A DNA stretch of 50,311 nt, taken from assembly GCA_040878325.1 (NCBI GenBank), contig JBBDMM010000017.1:1-50311 (forward strand), given 5' to 3'. The DNA comes from Acidimicrobiia bacterium. Its GTDB lineage: Bacteria; Actinomycetota; Acidimicrobiia; Spongiisociales; UBA11373. The stretch's first letter is position 1. Every line of letters starts with the position of its first letter. The notes beneath the pieces are model-generated. The model was given only the letters and a program-made list of their open reading frames with translations. It had not been told where the DNA came from and made no database searches. Both the position numbers and the translations under genes were made by a program. Below are positions 39,966-50,311 of the stretch, piece by piece.

Positions 39966-41000
39966 CTACTCCTGCTCCTCTTCAGCAACGGCGGAGTCGG
40001 CGGTCTCGGCGGCGGTCTCGGCCTCCGTGGCGGCCGCGGCGACGTTCTTCTCTTCGAGCACGATGTCTTCGTCGGACACGTCGAGCGTCTCCCCGGCGGT
40101 CTCACGCTCCTCCTCGAGATCGGAGAGGGCGGATTCGGCGTCGACGCGACGGGTGGGCCCAGGCTCGGGCCGACGGCCGCCACCGGCCTCGACCAGGCGC
40201 TTGCCGCCACCGGCCTCGACCAGGCGCTTGCCGCCACCGGCCTCGATGAGCCCGCGGGGGCGCTCGCCGGCTGCCTGCTCGGCCCGCGCCTTAGCCGGGG
40301 CACGGCGCGAAGCCGGTCCTCCGGTGGCCAGCGCGGCCTCGGCGGCGATCTTCTCGCGCGTCGCCGACAGCGACGGCACGACGTCGCCCTTGTAGACCCA
40401 AACCTTGATTCCGATGGAGCCGACGGTGGTGGCGGCTGTGGCGAGGCCGAAGTCGACGTCGGCGCGGAGGGTCTGCAGCGGAACCCGACCCTCGCGGTAC
40501 CACTCACGGCGACCCATGTCGGAGCCGCCGAGGCGGCCGGAGGCCTGCACCCTTACGCCCTGGGCGCCCGCCTTCATCGCCGTCTGGACGGCACGCTTCA
40601 TCGCCCGGCGGAAAGACACCCTGCCCTGGAGTTGGTCGGCGATACCACGCGCCAAGAGCTGCGCATCTGTCTCAGGATCCTGCACCTCGATCACGTTGAT
40701 CTTGATCTCGCGCTTGGTGAGGCTCTCGAGCATGGTACGGAGACGGTCCACTTCGGTGCCGCTGCGGCCGATCACCACGCCGGGGCGGGCGGTGTGGATG
40801 TCGATCTGAACCTTCTTGTCGCCGATCCGCTCGATCTCGACGCGCGACACCGCACCACGCTGCATCTCGTCGGAGAGCAGCTTGCGGATCCGGGCATCCT
40901 CGAGCACCTGCGATGCGTAGTCCTTCTCGCTGTACCAGCGCGACTTCCAGTCGGTGACGATGCCGAGGCGGAGCCCGTACGGGTGGATCTTCTGGCCCAT
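39966..41000 (-). CDS. rpsC: 30S ribosomal protein S3 with long C-terminal extension
   Basis: [30 protein letters not shown]. Confidence 0.98.
   Translation of the reverse strand: MGQKIHPYGLRLGIVTDWKSRWYSEKDYASQVLEDARIRKLLSDEMQRGAVSRVEIERIGDKKVQIDIHTARPGVVIGRSGTEVDRLRTMLESLTKREIKINVIEVQDPETDAQLLARGIADQLQGRVSFRRAMKRAVQTAMKAGAQGVRVQASGRLGGSDMGRREWYREGRVPLQTLRADVDFGLATAATTVGSIGIKVWVYKGDVVPSLSATREKIAAEAALATGGPASRRAPAKARAEQAAGERPRGLIEAGGGKRLVEAGGGKRLVEAGGGRRPEPGPTRRVDAESALSDLEEERETAGETLDVSDEDIVLEEKNVAAAATEAETAAETADSAVAEEEQE
40176..40246. repeat. 27-bp in-frame tandem repeat (2.6 copies) in the rpsC tail
   Basis: GCCGCCACCGGCCTCGACCAGGCGCTT; encodes EAGGGKRLV. Confidence 0.9.
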
Positions 41001-41350
41001 TAGGACTCCTCTGCGTTTCTCTGGTCGCCAACCACGATCGTGATGTGGCTGGTCCGCTTCAAGATCTGGGTGGCGCGGCCGCGGGCGCGTGCCTTGATGC
41101 GCTTGAGGGTCGGCCCCTCATCGGCGAAGGCCTCGACGACGCGGAGTTCGGCTGCGTCGAGGGCATGGTTGTGGAAGGCGTTGGCGATGGCCGACTCGAG
41201 AACCTTCCGAACCGGATCGGCGGCGCGGCGGTTGGTGAAGTCGAGCACCTGGCGGGCCTCCTCCACCGGCAAGCCACGGACGATGTCGAGCACTTGCCGG
41301 ACCTTGAAGGGTGACTGCCGGATGTACGAGGCGCGGGCTTGCACGTTCAT
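41000..41350 (-). CDS. rplV: 50S ribosomal protein L22
   Basis: [27 protein letters not shown]. Confidence 0.97.
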   Translation of the reverse strand: MNVQARASYIRQSPFKVRQVLDIVRGLPVEEARQVLDFTNRRAADPVRKVLESAIANAFHNHALDAAELRVVEAFADEGPTLKRIKARARGRATQILKRTSHITIVVGDQRNAEES

Positions 41351-41625
41351 TGCTTCCTCGCTGCACGGGCACCCGCGTGGCCGCGGAAGGTACGGGTGGG
41401 GGCAAACTCGCCGAGTTTGTGCCCCACCATCGACTCGGTGATGTACACCGGCACGTGCTTGCGCCCGTCGTGGACGGCCAGCGTCTGGCCGACCATCTCG
41501 GGAATGATCGTGGACCGACGGCTCCAGGTGCGAATGACGCGCTTGTCCCCGCTCTTGGCGGCACGCTCGACCTTGGCGACGAGGTGCTGATCCACAAAGG
41601 GACCCTTCTTCAGGCTCCGTGCCAT
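41347..41625 (-). CDS. rpsS: 30S ribosomal protein S19
   Basis: [29 protein letters not shown]. Confidence 0.99.
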   Translation of the reverse strand: MARSLKKGPFVDQHLVAKVERAAKSGDKRVIRTWSRRSTIIPEMVGQTLAVHDGRKHVPVYITESMVGHKLGEFAPTRTFRGHAGARAARKQ

Positions 41626-41628
41626 CGG

Positions 41629-42462
41629 CTACCTCTTCCCCTTCTTCGAACGGCGTCGGACGATCAACTTGTCGCTCCCCTTGTTCTTCTTCCGGGTGCG
41701 ACCCTCCGGCTTGCCCCAAGGGCTCACCGGGTGGCGGCCACCGCTCGACTTACCTTCGCCGCCCCCCAGGGGGTGGTCGACGGGGTTCATCGCCACACCG
41801 CGGCTCTGCGGACGAACGCCCTGCCAGCGCTTCTGACCCGCCTTGCCGCTCTTGACCAACTCCGCTTCCGGGTTGCCCACCTGCCCGACGGTTGCCCGGC
41901 AGTCGAGGGGCACGTTGCGAATCTCTCCCGAGGGGAGCCGAAGCAGGGCGAACCCGGCCTCTTTGGCGATCAACTGGATCGAGGTCCCCGCGGAGCGACC
42001 GAGCTTGGCACCGCCGCCGGGCCTCATCTCGACAGCATGCACCAGAGTTCCTGCCGGGATGTTCCGCAGCGGGAGGGCGTTGCCGGGCTTGATCTCCGCC
42101 CCCGGCCCCGACTCCACCCGGTCACCAACGGTGAGGCGGAGCGGCGCGAGGATATACCGCTTCTCCCCGTCGTGGTAATTGAGCAGGGCGATGCGGGAGT
42201 TCCGGTTCGGGTCGTACTCGATCGAGGCGACGCTGGCGGGTATCCCGTCCTTGTTGCGGCGGAAGTCGATGATGCGATAACGCCGCTTGTGGCCCCCGCC
42301 GCGGTGCCGCGAAGTGACCCGCCCGTAGGAGTTGCGGCCACCGGTACCGGCCTGCTTGTCGATGAGGCTCTTCTCGGGCGTGCTGGTGGTGACGTCGGAG
42401 AAATCCGAAACAGTCCGAAACCGCCGCCCCGGCGAAGTGGGTTTGTACTTCTTAACGGCCAT
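41629..42462 (-). CDS. rplB: 50S ribosomal protein L2
   Basis: [23 protein letters not shown]. Confidence 0.99.
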   Translation of the reverse strand: MAVKKYKPTSPGRRFRTVSDFSDVTTSTPEKSLIDKQAGTGGRNSYGRVTSRHRGGGHKRRYRIIDFRRNKDGIPASVASIEYDPNRNSRIALLNYHDGEKRYILAPLRLTVGDRVESGPGAEIKPGNALPLRNIPAGTLVHAVEMRPGGGAKLGRSAGTSIQLIAKEAGFALLRLPSGEIRNVPLDCRATVGQVGNPEAELVKSGKAGQKRWQGVRPQSRGVAMNPVDHPLGGGEGKSSGGRHPVSPWGKPEGRTRKKNKGSDKLIVRRRSKKGKR

Positions 42463-42468
42463 CAGAAA

Positions 42469-42542
42469 GTCTCCAGTCTCCAGTCTCCAGTCTCCAGTCC
42501 ATCAGCGGTTCTGCTGGTGACTGGTGACTGGGGACTGGTGCC
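42469..42542. repeat. inverted pair of heptamer arrays (GTCTCCA)4 and (TGGTGAC-like)4 between rplW and rplB
   Basis: 42469-42496 and 42508-42542 (minus-strand cap GCAGAAC). Confidence 0.9.
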
Positions 42543-42580
42543 CCTGATCGCAATATGAGTGTGAGTGCGTCCGTACATCG

Positions 42581-42868
42581 TCATACCCCGAAAATATCTA
42601 TCTCTTGGCCCTCGGCGAGGGTTACCAGTGCCCTCTTGGAGGCGGCGCGCTTGCCGATCGTGTAACCGGTGCGCTTCCGCTTGCCTTTGCGGTTCATGGT
42701 GTTGACCCGCACCACCTTCACGTTGAAGATCTGCTCGACCGCCTCTTTGATCTCGGTCTTGGTGGTGCGCCGGTCGACGATGAAGGTGTAGGTGTTGTCG
42801 TCCTCGATCTGGTCGTAGGACTTCTCCGAAACCACCGGCTCGATGATCAAGTCACGGGGGTTCTTCAC
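42581..42868 (-). CDS. rplW: 50S ribosomal protein L23
   Basis: [19 protein letters not shown]. Confidence 0.98.
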   Translation of the reverse strand: MKNPRDLIIEPVVSEKSYDQIEDDNTYTFIVDRRTTKTEIKEAVEQIFNVKVVRVNTMNRKGKRKRTGYTIGKRAASKRALVTLAEGQEIDIFGV

Positions 42869-43536
42869 GATTCACCTCCGGCGTCGTCGGCGACGGCTGA
42901 GGCAGTGGCGGCGCCCGCCCCGACACTCTGGATCGTGTCGGACGTGAAAATGAGGGTCTCGGCCCAGAGCACGTCGTAGGTGTTGAGCTGGTCGGGGGTG
43001 ATCACGAGCACCTGCGGAAGGTTGCGCACCGACTGCGCAACGACGCCGTCAGACGCCTCGACCACGATGGCGACCTTGCCCTCGACACCCATGCCGGCGA
43101 GCAGGGCGGCAGCCGACTTGGTCTTCGGTGCCTCCCACTCGATCGAGTCGACGATCCGGATCTCGCCATCCCCGGCGCGAGTCGAGAGAGCGCTGTAGAG
43201 GGCGAGCCGACGCATCTTCTTCGGGGTGCGCTGGGAGTAGTCGCGCGGTTTGGGGCCGTGCACGACGCCGCCGCCGCGCCACTGAGGTGAACGGATAGAG
43301 CCATGCCGGGCCCGACCCAGACCCTTCTGGCGCCACGGCTTCTTGCCACCGCCGCGAACCTCGGCCCGCGTCTTGGTGTTGGCGGAGCCCGACCGGAGTG
43401 CGGCCAACTGGGCCGTCACCACCTGGTGCATCACGGGGAGGTTCGGCTCGATGCCGAAGATCGAGGCATCGAGCTTCATCTCCCCGGTCTGCTTACCGGA
43501 AGAGTCGTACTTGCGCGCGACCGGTGCGTCAGCCAA
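42865..43536 (-). CDS. rplD: 50S ribosomal protein L4
   Basis: [26 protein letters not shown]. Confidence 0.98.
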   Translation of the reverse strand: MADAPVARKYDSSGKQTGEMKLDASIFGIEPNLPVMHQVVTAQLAALRSGSANTKTRAEVRGGGKKPWRQKGLGRARHGSIRSPQWRGGGVVHGPKPRDYSQRTPKKMRRLALYSALSTRAGDGEIRIVDSIEWEAPKTKSAAALLAGMGVEGKVAIVVEASDGVVAQSVRNLPQVLVITPDQLNTYDVLWAETLIFTSDTIQSVGAGAATASAVADDAGGES

Positions 43537-44167
43537 TTGCCTTCACCGCCTCCCGAACGAGCAAGACCGCGCCCTTCGCCCCGGGAACGGCGCCCCGCAA
43601 CATCAGGAGTCCGCGCTTGGCGTCGACTTCGACGACTTCGAGGTTGAGGATCGTGGTTTTCTCGCCGCCCATGCGGCCCGGCAGCTTCATGCCCTTGAAC
43701 ACCCGCGAGGGAGTGGCGCAAGCGCCGATGGAGCCAGGGGCGCGATGCACCCGATGGGTGCCGTGGCTGGCGCCCTGACCGGCGAAATTGTGGCGCTTGA
43801 TGACGCCCTGGAAGCCCTTGCCGCGGCTCACGCCGGCGACATCGGCCCGACTGCCCTTGACGAGGACGTCGGCGATGCTGATCTCCTGGCCGAGCTTGTA
43901 GGCGTCGGCATCATCCACCCGCACTTCGACCAGGTGACGGTGAGGGGTGAGCCCGGCGCGCTTGAAGTGACCAGCGGTGGGCTTGTTGGCCCGTCGCTCG
44001 GGCATCTCGCGGTAGGCGATCTGAATGGCGGCGTACCCGTCGGTCTCGGGACGCTTGATCTGGACGACGCGACAAGGCCCGGCCTTGATGACGGTCACCG
44101 GCACTGCCTGTGACTCGTCATCGAAGATCTGGGTCATCCCCAGCTTCTCGCCGAGAATCGCTTTCAC
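43529..44167 (-). CDS. rplC: 50S ribosomal protein L3
   Basis: [24 protein letters not shown]. Confidence 0.98.
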   Translation of the reverse strand: MKAILGEKLGMTQIFDDESQAVPVTVIKAGPCRVVQIKRPETDGYAAIQIAYREMPERRANKPTAGHFKRAGLTPHRHLVEVRVDDADAYKLGQEISIADVLVKGSRADVAGVSRGKGFQGVIKRHNFAGQGASHGTHRVHRAPGSIGACATPSRVFKGMKLPGRMGGEKTTILNLEVVEVDAKRGLLMLRGAVPGAKGAVLLVREAVKAIG

Positions 44168-44880
44168 GTCTTGATCTCCACTTCCACCCCGGCCGGCAGG
44201 TCGAGCCGCATGAGGGAGTCGACCGTCTTTGCGGTCGGCTCGAGGATGTCCAGCAGACGCTTGTGGATCCGCATCTCGAAGTGCTCACGCGAATCCTTGT
44301 GGACGTGCGGGCCGCGGACAACGCAGTAGCGATGGATTTCCGTAGGCAACGGCAGCGGGCCCCTGATCTTCGCCTGAGTCCGAATGACCGTCTCGGCGAT
44401 CTTGCGCGCCGACTCATCGACCACCTCGTGGTCGTAGGCCTTGAGTCGAATCCGGATCCGATGCTCCTTCTCGACCTTCTCGACCTTGGGAGCGGCCGCC
44501 GCCTTTGCCTTCGCAGGCGCCGCCTTCGAAGCAGCGGGCTTCGCAGCCGTCTCGGCCTTAGGAGCCGCGTCGGCCTTCGGAGCCGCCTCGGCGGGCGCGT
44601 CAGCCTTGGGAGCCTTCTCAGCCTTAGGAGCCGCCTCAGCCTCCGCCGCCTTGGCGGCCTTCGCGGGCGCCTTGGCGGCCTTCGCGGGCGCCTTGGCGGC
44701 CTTCGCGGGCGCCTTGGCCTTCGCGGGCGCCTTGGCCTTCGCGGGCGCGTCAGCCTTCGGCGCCTTGGCCTTCGGAGCCTTCACGGCCTTGGCGGGCGCG
44801 TCGGCCTTCGCAGCCTTCGCGGCCTTCGAAGGCGCGTCAGCGTCGAGAGCCTTATCCGCCTGAGCGTCCTCTTCAGCCAT
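44164..44880 (-). CDS. rpsJ: 30S ribosomal protein S10 with long N-terminal Ala/Lys/Pro extension
   Basis: core IRIRLKAYD...HKDSREHFE...[10 protein letters not shown]; first in-frame ATG at 44880 follows a purine-rich tract. Confidence 0.95.
   Translation of the reverse strand: MAEEDAQADKALDADAPSKAAKAAKADAPAKAVKAPKAKAPKADAPAKAKAPAKAKAPAKAAKAPAKAAKAPAKAAKAAEAEAAPKAEKAPKADAPAEAAPKADAAPKAETAAKPAASKAAPAKAKAAAAPKVEKVEKEHRIRIRLKAYDHEVVDESARKIAETVIRTQAKIRGPLPLPTEIHRYCVVRGPHVHKDSREHFEMRIHKRLLDILEPTAKTVDSLMRLDLPAGVEVEIKT
44651..44748. repeat. 21-bp x3 plus 18-bp x2 coding tandem repeats in the S10 extension
   Basis: TTGGCGGCCTTCGCGGGCGCC x3, then TTGGCCTTCGCGGGCGC(C) x2. Confidence 0.9.
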
Positions 44881-44909
44881 TCTCTTCTTCTCTTCTCTGT
44901 TCTTGTCTT

Positions 44910-44944
44910 GTCTTACTGGTGACTGGCGACTGGTGACTGGTGAC
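44910..44944 (-). repeat. heptamer array (GTCRCCA)4 capped by GTAAGAC
   Basis: starts on the G of the tuf TAG. Confidence 0.9.
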
Positions 44945-46137
44945 TATTTGATGATCTTGACGACGCGGCCGGCGCCGACGGTGCGGCCACCCTCACGGAT
45001 CGCGAACCGCAAACCATCTTCCATCGCGATCGCGTGGATCAACTCCACCGTCATCTCCGTGTTGTCACCCGGCATCACCATCTGCGTCCCCTCCGGCAAC
45101 GTGATCGAACCAGTGATATCCGTCGTCCGGAAATAGAACTGCGGCCGATACCCCGAGAAGAACGGGTTATGACGCCCCCCCTCCTCCTTCGTCAACACAT
45201 ACACCTGCGCCGAGAAATCGGTATGAGGAGTAATCGACCCAGGCGCACACACCACCTGACCCCGCTCCACATCCTCCTTACCAATCCCCCGCAGGAGAAG
45301 CCCCACGTTGTCGCCAGCCCGCGCCTCATCCAACAACTTGCGGAACATCTCAACCCCAGTCACCGTCGTCTTCTGCGTCGCCCGGATCCCCACAATCTCC
45401 GCCTCCGCCCCCACCCGCAAAATCCCCTGCTCCACCCGACCAGTCACCACCGTCCCCCGACCCGTAATCGAAAACACGTCCTCGATCGGCATCTGGAACG
45501 GCTTATCCACATCCCGCTCCGGCTCCGGGATATACGAATCCACCGCCGCCATCAACTCCATCACCTGACCCGCAGCCTCCCCATCACCCTCCAACGCCTT
45601 CAACGCCGAACCCCGCACCACCGGCACCTCATCACCCGGATACTCATACTCCGTCAACAAATCCCGCACCTCCAACTCCACCAGATCAAGAAGCTCGGGA
45701 TCATCGACCATGTCCACCTTGTTCAAGAACACCACAATGAACGGCACCCCCACCTGCCGAGCCAACAACACATGCTCCCGAGTCTGCGGCATCGGACCAT
45801 CCGCCGCCGACACCACCAGAATCGCACCATCCACCTGCGCCGCACCCGTAATCATGTTCTTCACATAATCCGCATGACCCGGCATATCCACATGCGCATA
45901 ATGACGATTCGCCGTCTCATACTCCACATGCGCAATCGCAATCGTGATACCCCGCTCACGCTCCTCCGGCGCCTTATCAATCTCATCAAACGCCGTAAAC
46001 CGATTCGACCCACCCACCCCCGACTCCGCCAACACCTTCGTGATCGCAGCAGTCAACGTCGTCTTCCCATGATCAATATGACCCATCGTCCCCACATTCA
46101 CATGCGGCTTCGACCGCTCAAACTTCTCCTTACCCAT
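44944..46137 (-). CDS. tuf: elongation factor Tu
   Basis: [39 protein letters not shown]. Confidence 0.99.
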   Translation of the reverse strand: MGKEKFERSKPHVNVGTMGHIDHGKTTLTAAITKVLAESGVGGSNRFTAFDEIDKAPEERERGITIAIAHVEYETANRHYAHVDMPGHADYVKNMITGAAQVDGAILVVSAADGPMPQTREHVLLARQVGVPFIVVFLNKVDMVDDPELLDLVELEVRDLLTEYEYPGDEVPVVRGSALKALEGDGEAAGQVMELMAAVDSYIPEPERDVDKPFQMPIEDVFSITGRGTVVTGRVEQGILRVGAEAEIVGIRATQKTTVTGVEMFRKLLDEARAGDNVGLLLRGIGKEDVERGQVVCAPGSITPHTDFSAQVYVLTKEEGGRHNPFFSGYRPQFYFRTTDITGSITLPEGTQMVMPGDNTEMTVELIHAIAMEDGLRFAIREGGRTVGAGRVVKIIK

Positions 46138-46154
46138 GGGTCACATCCTCCTGA

Positions 46155-48263
46155 TCATTCCCCGCGGACCTTCGCCACGAGTTCGTTGGCGATGTTCTCC
46201 GGAACGGGTTGGTACGAGTGGAACTGCATCGTGTAGACGGCGCGGCCCTGAGTGCGTGAACGGAGATCCGTGGCGTAGCCGAACATCTCGGCCAGGGGCA
46301 CGGTTCCGGTGATCACCTTGGCGTTGCCTCGTTGTGTCATGTCGCCGATCTGGCCACGACGGCCATTCAGGTCGCCGATGACGTCCCCCATGTACTCCTC
46401 GGGGGTCACCACCTCGACCGATACCACCGGCTCGAGGAGCTGGACACCCGCCCGGCGGGCAGCCTCCTGAAGCGCCATCGAACCGGCGATCTTGAACGCC
46501 ATCTCCGACGAGTCGACCGGGTGCGACGAGCCATCGACGAGGATGGCCCGAACGTCCACGATCGGGTAACCGGCAAGGACGCCTGACTCCAATGCGTCCT
46601 CGATACCGGTGTCTACCGCCGGGATGTATTCGCGGGGCACGGCCCCACCCTTCGTCTTGTCGACGAATTCGTAACCGCCGCCGGGGCCTGTCGGCTCGAG
46701 GTCGATCTCGACATGGGCGAACTGGCCCTTGCCGCCGGTCTGCTTGATGTGGCGATAGACCACGCCCTTGACCGCCTTACGGATGGTCTCGCGGTAGGCG
46801 ACCTGGGGGCGGCCGACGTTGGCGTCGACCTTGAACTCACGACGAAGCCGGTCGACGAGCACGTCGAGGTGCAACTCGCCCATGCCGGCGATCACGGTCT
46901 GGCCGGTCTCCTCGTCGGAGCGCACCAGGAAGGTGGGGTCCTCTTCGGCGAGGCGGGCAAGACCGTCGCCCAGCTTGTCCTGGTCGGCCTTGGTCTTCGG
47001 CTCGATCGCCACCGAGATCACCGGGGCCGGGAACGACATCGACTCGAGCTGGATCGGATGGTTCGGGTCAGCGAGGGTGTCGCCCGTGGTGGTGGACTTG
47101 AGACCCACCGCGGCCACGATGTCGCCGGTAAATACGTCGTCGACGTCTTCGCGGTGATTGGCGTGCATCCGCAGCAGGCGGCCGACCCGCTCCTTCTTCC
47201 GATTGCTCGTGTTGAGAACCGAGGAGCCCTTGGCGAGGTGGCCCGAGTAGACCCTGAAGTAGGTGAGCTTGCCCACATAGGGGTCCGACATGATCTTGAA
47301 GGCGATTGCGGCAAAAGGCTCGTCGTCGCCGGCCTTGCGGTCGATGACCGTGTCCTCCTCACCGGGCTTGAAGCCGGTGACGGGGGCAAGGTCGGCGGGG
47401 CTCGGCAGGTACCAGATCACCGCGTCGAGGACGGGCTGCACGCCCTTGTTCTTGAAGGCGGCACCCACCAGGACGGGGACGAAGAGGTTCTGAATGGTCC
47501 CCACCCGCAACGCGGCCCGAATCTCGTCGGCGGTGATGTCGAGGTCTTCGAGATACTTCTCGAGGAGCTTCTCATCCACCTCGGCGGCGGCTTCGAGCAT
47601 CTTGCCGCGCCACAGGTTGGCCCGATCGACGTACTCGGCGGGAATGTCGACGGTCTCCCACCGCTCTCCAGTGTCTTCCGGCCAGATGTGAGCCTTCATC
47701 TCGATCAGGTCGACGACGCCGAGGAAGTCGTCCTCGGACCCGATCGGAATCTGAATGGGAACCGGATTGGCCTCGAGCCGGCGTTGGATCGACTCGACCG
47801 CCGAATAGAAGTCGGCCCCGATCCGGTCCATCTTGTTGATGAAGCAGATGCGGGGCACCTTGTACCGGTCGGCCTGCCGCCATACGGTCTCGGACTGCGG
47901 CTCGACCCCTGCAACGGCATCGAACACTGCGACTGCTCCGTCGAGGATGCGCAGCGACCGTTCCACCTCGACCGTGAAGTCGACGTGGCCGGGCGTGTCG
48001 ATGATGTTGATCCAAGTGTCCTTCCAGAAGCAAGTGGTGGCGGCGGAGGTGATGGTGATCCCCCGCTCCTGCTCCTGCTCCATCCAGTCCATGACGGCGG
48101 CGCCGTCGTGGACCTCGCCCATCTTGTAGGTCTTGCCCGTGTAGTAGAGGATCCGCTCGGTGGTGGTGGTCTTGCCCGCGTCGATGTGGGCCATGATCCC
48201 GATGTTGCGCGTGCGGCTCAGGGGATACTGACGCAGATGACTGAGGGATTCGTTAGCGGCCAT
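46155..48263 (-). CDS. fusA: elongation factor G
   Basis: [24 protein letters not shown]. Confidence 0.99.
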   Translation of the reverse strand: MAANESLSHLRQYPLSRTRNIGIMAHIDAGKTTTTERILYYTGKTYKMGEVHDGAAVMDWMEQEQERGITITSAATTCFWKDTWINIIDTPGHVDFTVEVERSLRILDGAVAVFDAVAGVEPQSETVWRQADRYKVPRICFINKMDRIGADFYSAVESIQRRLEANPVPIQIPIGSEDDFLGVVDLIEMKAHIWPEDTGERWETVDIPAEYVDRANLWRGKMLEAAAEVDEKLLEKYLEDLDITADEIRAALRVGTIQNLFVPVLVGAAFKNKGVQPVLDAVIWYLPSPADLAPVTGFKPGEEDTVIDRKAGDDEPFAAIAFKIMSDPYVGKLTYFRVYSGHLAKGSSVLNTSNRKKERVGRLLRMHANHREDVDDVFTGDIVAAVGLKSTTTGDTLADPNHPIQLESMSFPAPVISVAIEPKTKADQDKLGDGLARLAEEDPTFLVRSDEETGQTVIAGMGELHLDVLVDRLRREFKVDANVGRPQVAYRETIRKAVKGVVYRHIKQTGGKGQFAHVEIDLEPTGPGGGYEFVDKTKGGAVPREYIPAVDTGIEDALESGVLAGYPIVDVRAILVDGSSHPVDSSEMAFKIAGSMALQEAARRAGVQLLEPVVSVEVVTPEEYMGDVIGDLNGRRGQIGDMTQRGNAKVITGTVPLAEMFGYATDLRSRTQGRAVYTMQFHSYQPVPENIANELVAKVRGE

Positions 48264-48270
48264 GAGTGGA

Positions 48271-48734
<464 letters not shown>

Positions 48735-48738
<4 letters not shown>

Positions 48739-49103
48739 GACTTCTTCGCCCCGTAGCGGGAGCGGGCTTGCTTGCGGGCGCTGACGCCGGCGGCATCGAG
48801 CGTGCCGCGGATGACCTTGTAGCGGATACCCGGGAGATCCTTCACGCGACCGCCGCGAATGAGGACGATCGAGTGTTCCTGGAGGTTGTGGCCTTCACCG
48901 GGGATGTAGGCGGTGACTTCGGTGCCTGAGGAGAGGCGGACGCGGCAGACCTTGCGAAGAGCGGAGTTCGGCTTTTTGGGCGTGACCGTATAGACCCGGG
49001 TGCATACCCCGCGGCGCTGTGGCGCCCCGGCGAGGCCCGGCGTCTTCTCCTTGTTCGGCTTTTGCCGCCGACCCTGACGGATCAGCTGCTGTATGGTCGG
49101 CAC
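48735..49103 (-). CDS. rpsL: 30S ribosomal protein S12
   Basis: [29 protein letters not shown] start. Confidence 0.99.
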
Positions 49104-49313
49104 TCGTGCCCTCTCCACTATGTCGTTGTCGGCGCAGCGCAGCCCCAAGTGCGGAGCGCTGCACGTGCGGAGGCCGACTCGCCAGTCCCGGGCAGAACCC
49201 GGTCGACGTGTCGACCCATTGACCCCCCTTCTCAGGCCAAAGGCCCGGCTCGGGTCGCAGCCGGACCAGCCCTTCGATGAGAAGGGGCCAAGGGACCGAG
49301 GTCCCAGGCGGGA

Positions 49314-49343
49314 AGTATAGGGACGCGCGGCGAGCGACGGCAA
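49314..49343 (-). promoter_or_regulatory. sigma70-type promoter of the str operon
   Basis: TTGCCG-N18-TATACT on minus strand, about 205 nt upstream of rpsL. Confidence 0.6.
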
Positions 49344-49416
49344 AGTCGGGAAGGGAGAGGAGAAAGGGGTTCGCCAAACCGGAAACTCGTTGATGGGCTG
49401 GCGCGGGCGGGCCTTC

Positions 49417-50256
49417 CTACTGCAGCACTACCCGCTGAACCTTCGGCAGAAGCTTCGTCAGCCATTGGCCGTGCTCTGAGTAGAGCCGCTCGGCATCGAC
49501 CTCCTGTGACGGAGGGTATTTCTTAGTGAGCACTTTCCTGACCAGCGCCTCGGTGACTACTTCGGCAAGAACCGCCCGGAACTCGGGGGAGTGCTCCCCC
49601 GCTAGATCCTCGCCAACAAGCGGGGCGAGCGAAGGGTGCCTCACCATGATCCACAGCGTCCAGCTGCCGTCCGGCGCTGGGGTTGGGGGGTCAAACCAAG
49701 AGCGGTAGTCCGCTGGATCATCGTGGTCAAGTTTGATCTTGAGATCCGGGAGACCATCGTCTCGATCCACGACGCTGACCTGGCAGTCGGCGTACTGATC
49801 ATCGAGGGTGGCACGCAGCGTCGCTCTGGCCCCTAGACCTCGACCCTCGATTCGAATTGTTCCAACGCAGAAACCGAGAGTCTCATCGACGCTGAGCGTC
49901 GTCGAACCTCCACCCTTGACGACGACGCTCTCTTGATCTGAGGCGACGCGTACTCTTTGACGGTCAAGTCCCGCCGGGGCTCTGAGTTCGATCGCCTTGC
50001 GTTTCCCGATCGCCACCCTGTAACTGGGCTTCTCGAATTGGAGCGAGTCAGGGGCAGGCTCGGGTGGGGAGATCGGAGGCTCCGGAATGCCTTTGAGTAG
50101 AGCAACGTTTGATCGCCCATCCGCGGATACCGTGAGGATCGCCTCAGCCGTCTTCAGCGCCCGAACCCTGACGCGTGCCACCAGCGCGTCCTCGCGGCGT
50201 CGATGCGGTTCGAGAGGGAGAAGACTCCCATCCTCCAACTCAAAGACACCCACCGG
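49417..50256 (-). pseudogene. probable 3' remnant of a larger accessory gene cut by an IS insertion
   Basis: open frame of about 279 codons runs up to the IS-like end at 50257; no clear RBS; more A/T-ending codons than the core genes. Confidence 0.55.
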
Positions 50257-50311
50257 TGAATCGCCCCGGGTTTAGTGGCGGCTTGGTTGTCCCGGCAGCG
50301 GTTGCTGTCGG
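50257..50311 (-). mobile_element. right end of an IS3-family (IS51/IS6110-like) element, continuing beyond the window
   Basis: TGAATCGCCCCGGGTTTAGTGG resembles the TGAACCGCCCCGG terminal IR of IS6110/IS629; minus-strand frame RQQPLPGQPSRH* ends inside it, as an OrfB C-terminus would. Confidence 0.65.

Noticed and set aside
45034..46236. 400-aa plus-strand ORF opposite tuf
   Set aside because: Antisense frame; its His/Arg/Pro-rich composition is a by-product of the tuf codon skew.

Overview
High-GC actinobacterial chromosome segment; gene order and protein features suggest a basal lineage such as Acidimicrobiia (inference). Most of the window is core translation machinery on the minus strand: str operon (rpsL-rpsG-fusA-tuf), S10 and spc clusters, secY-adk-map, alpha operon, truA and rplM-rpsI. 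These are followed by glmM-glmS-acpS, nnr-alr-udg-tsaE-tsaB-rimI-tsaD and groES-groEL. Accessory genes are inserted at several points: a NiCoT transporter, META lipoprotein, DUF368, KamA-like radical SAM, NUDIX, F420 LLM, a CLC-CBS-RCK_C channel, a DtxR-family regulator and a TIMP-like secreted protein. The main non-obvious signals are: (1) about 15 mostly intergenic 7-nt-period arrays whose units differ, 10 of which end in the same in-phase GYAAGA cap; (2) a tuf gene whose third codon positions are almost all G/T, with a sharp boundary near its 3' end; (3) a glmS ribozyme upstream of glmS; (4) a long Ala/Lys/Pro extension on S10; (5) infA missing from its usual position; (6) a probable IS3-family end at the right edge truncating an accessory gene. 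No tRNA, rRNA or CRISPR array was seen. All calls come from reading the sequence by eye; no searches were run.
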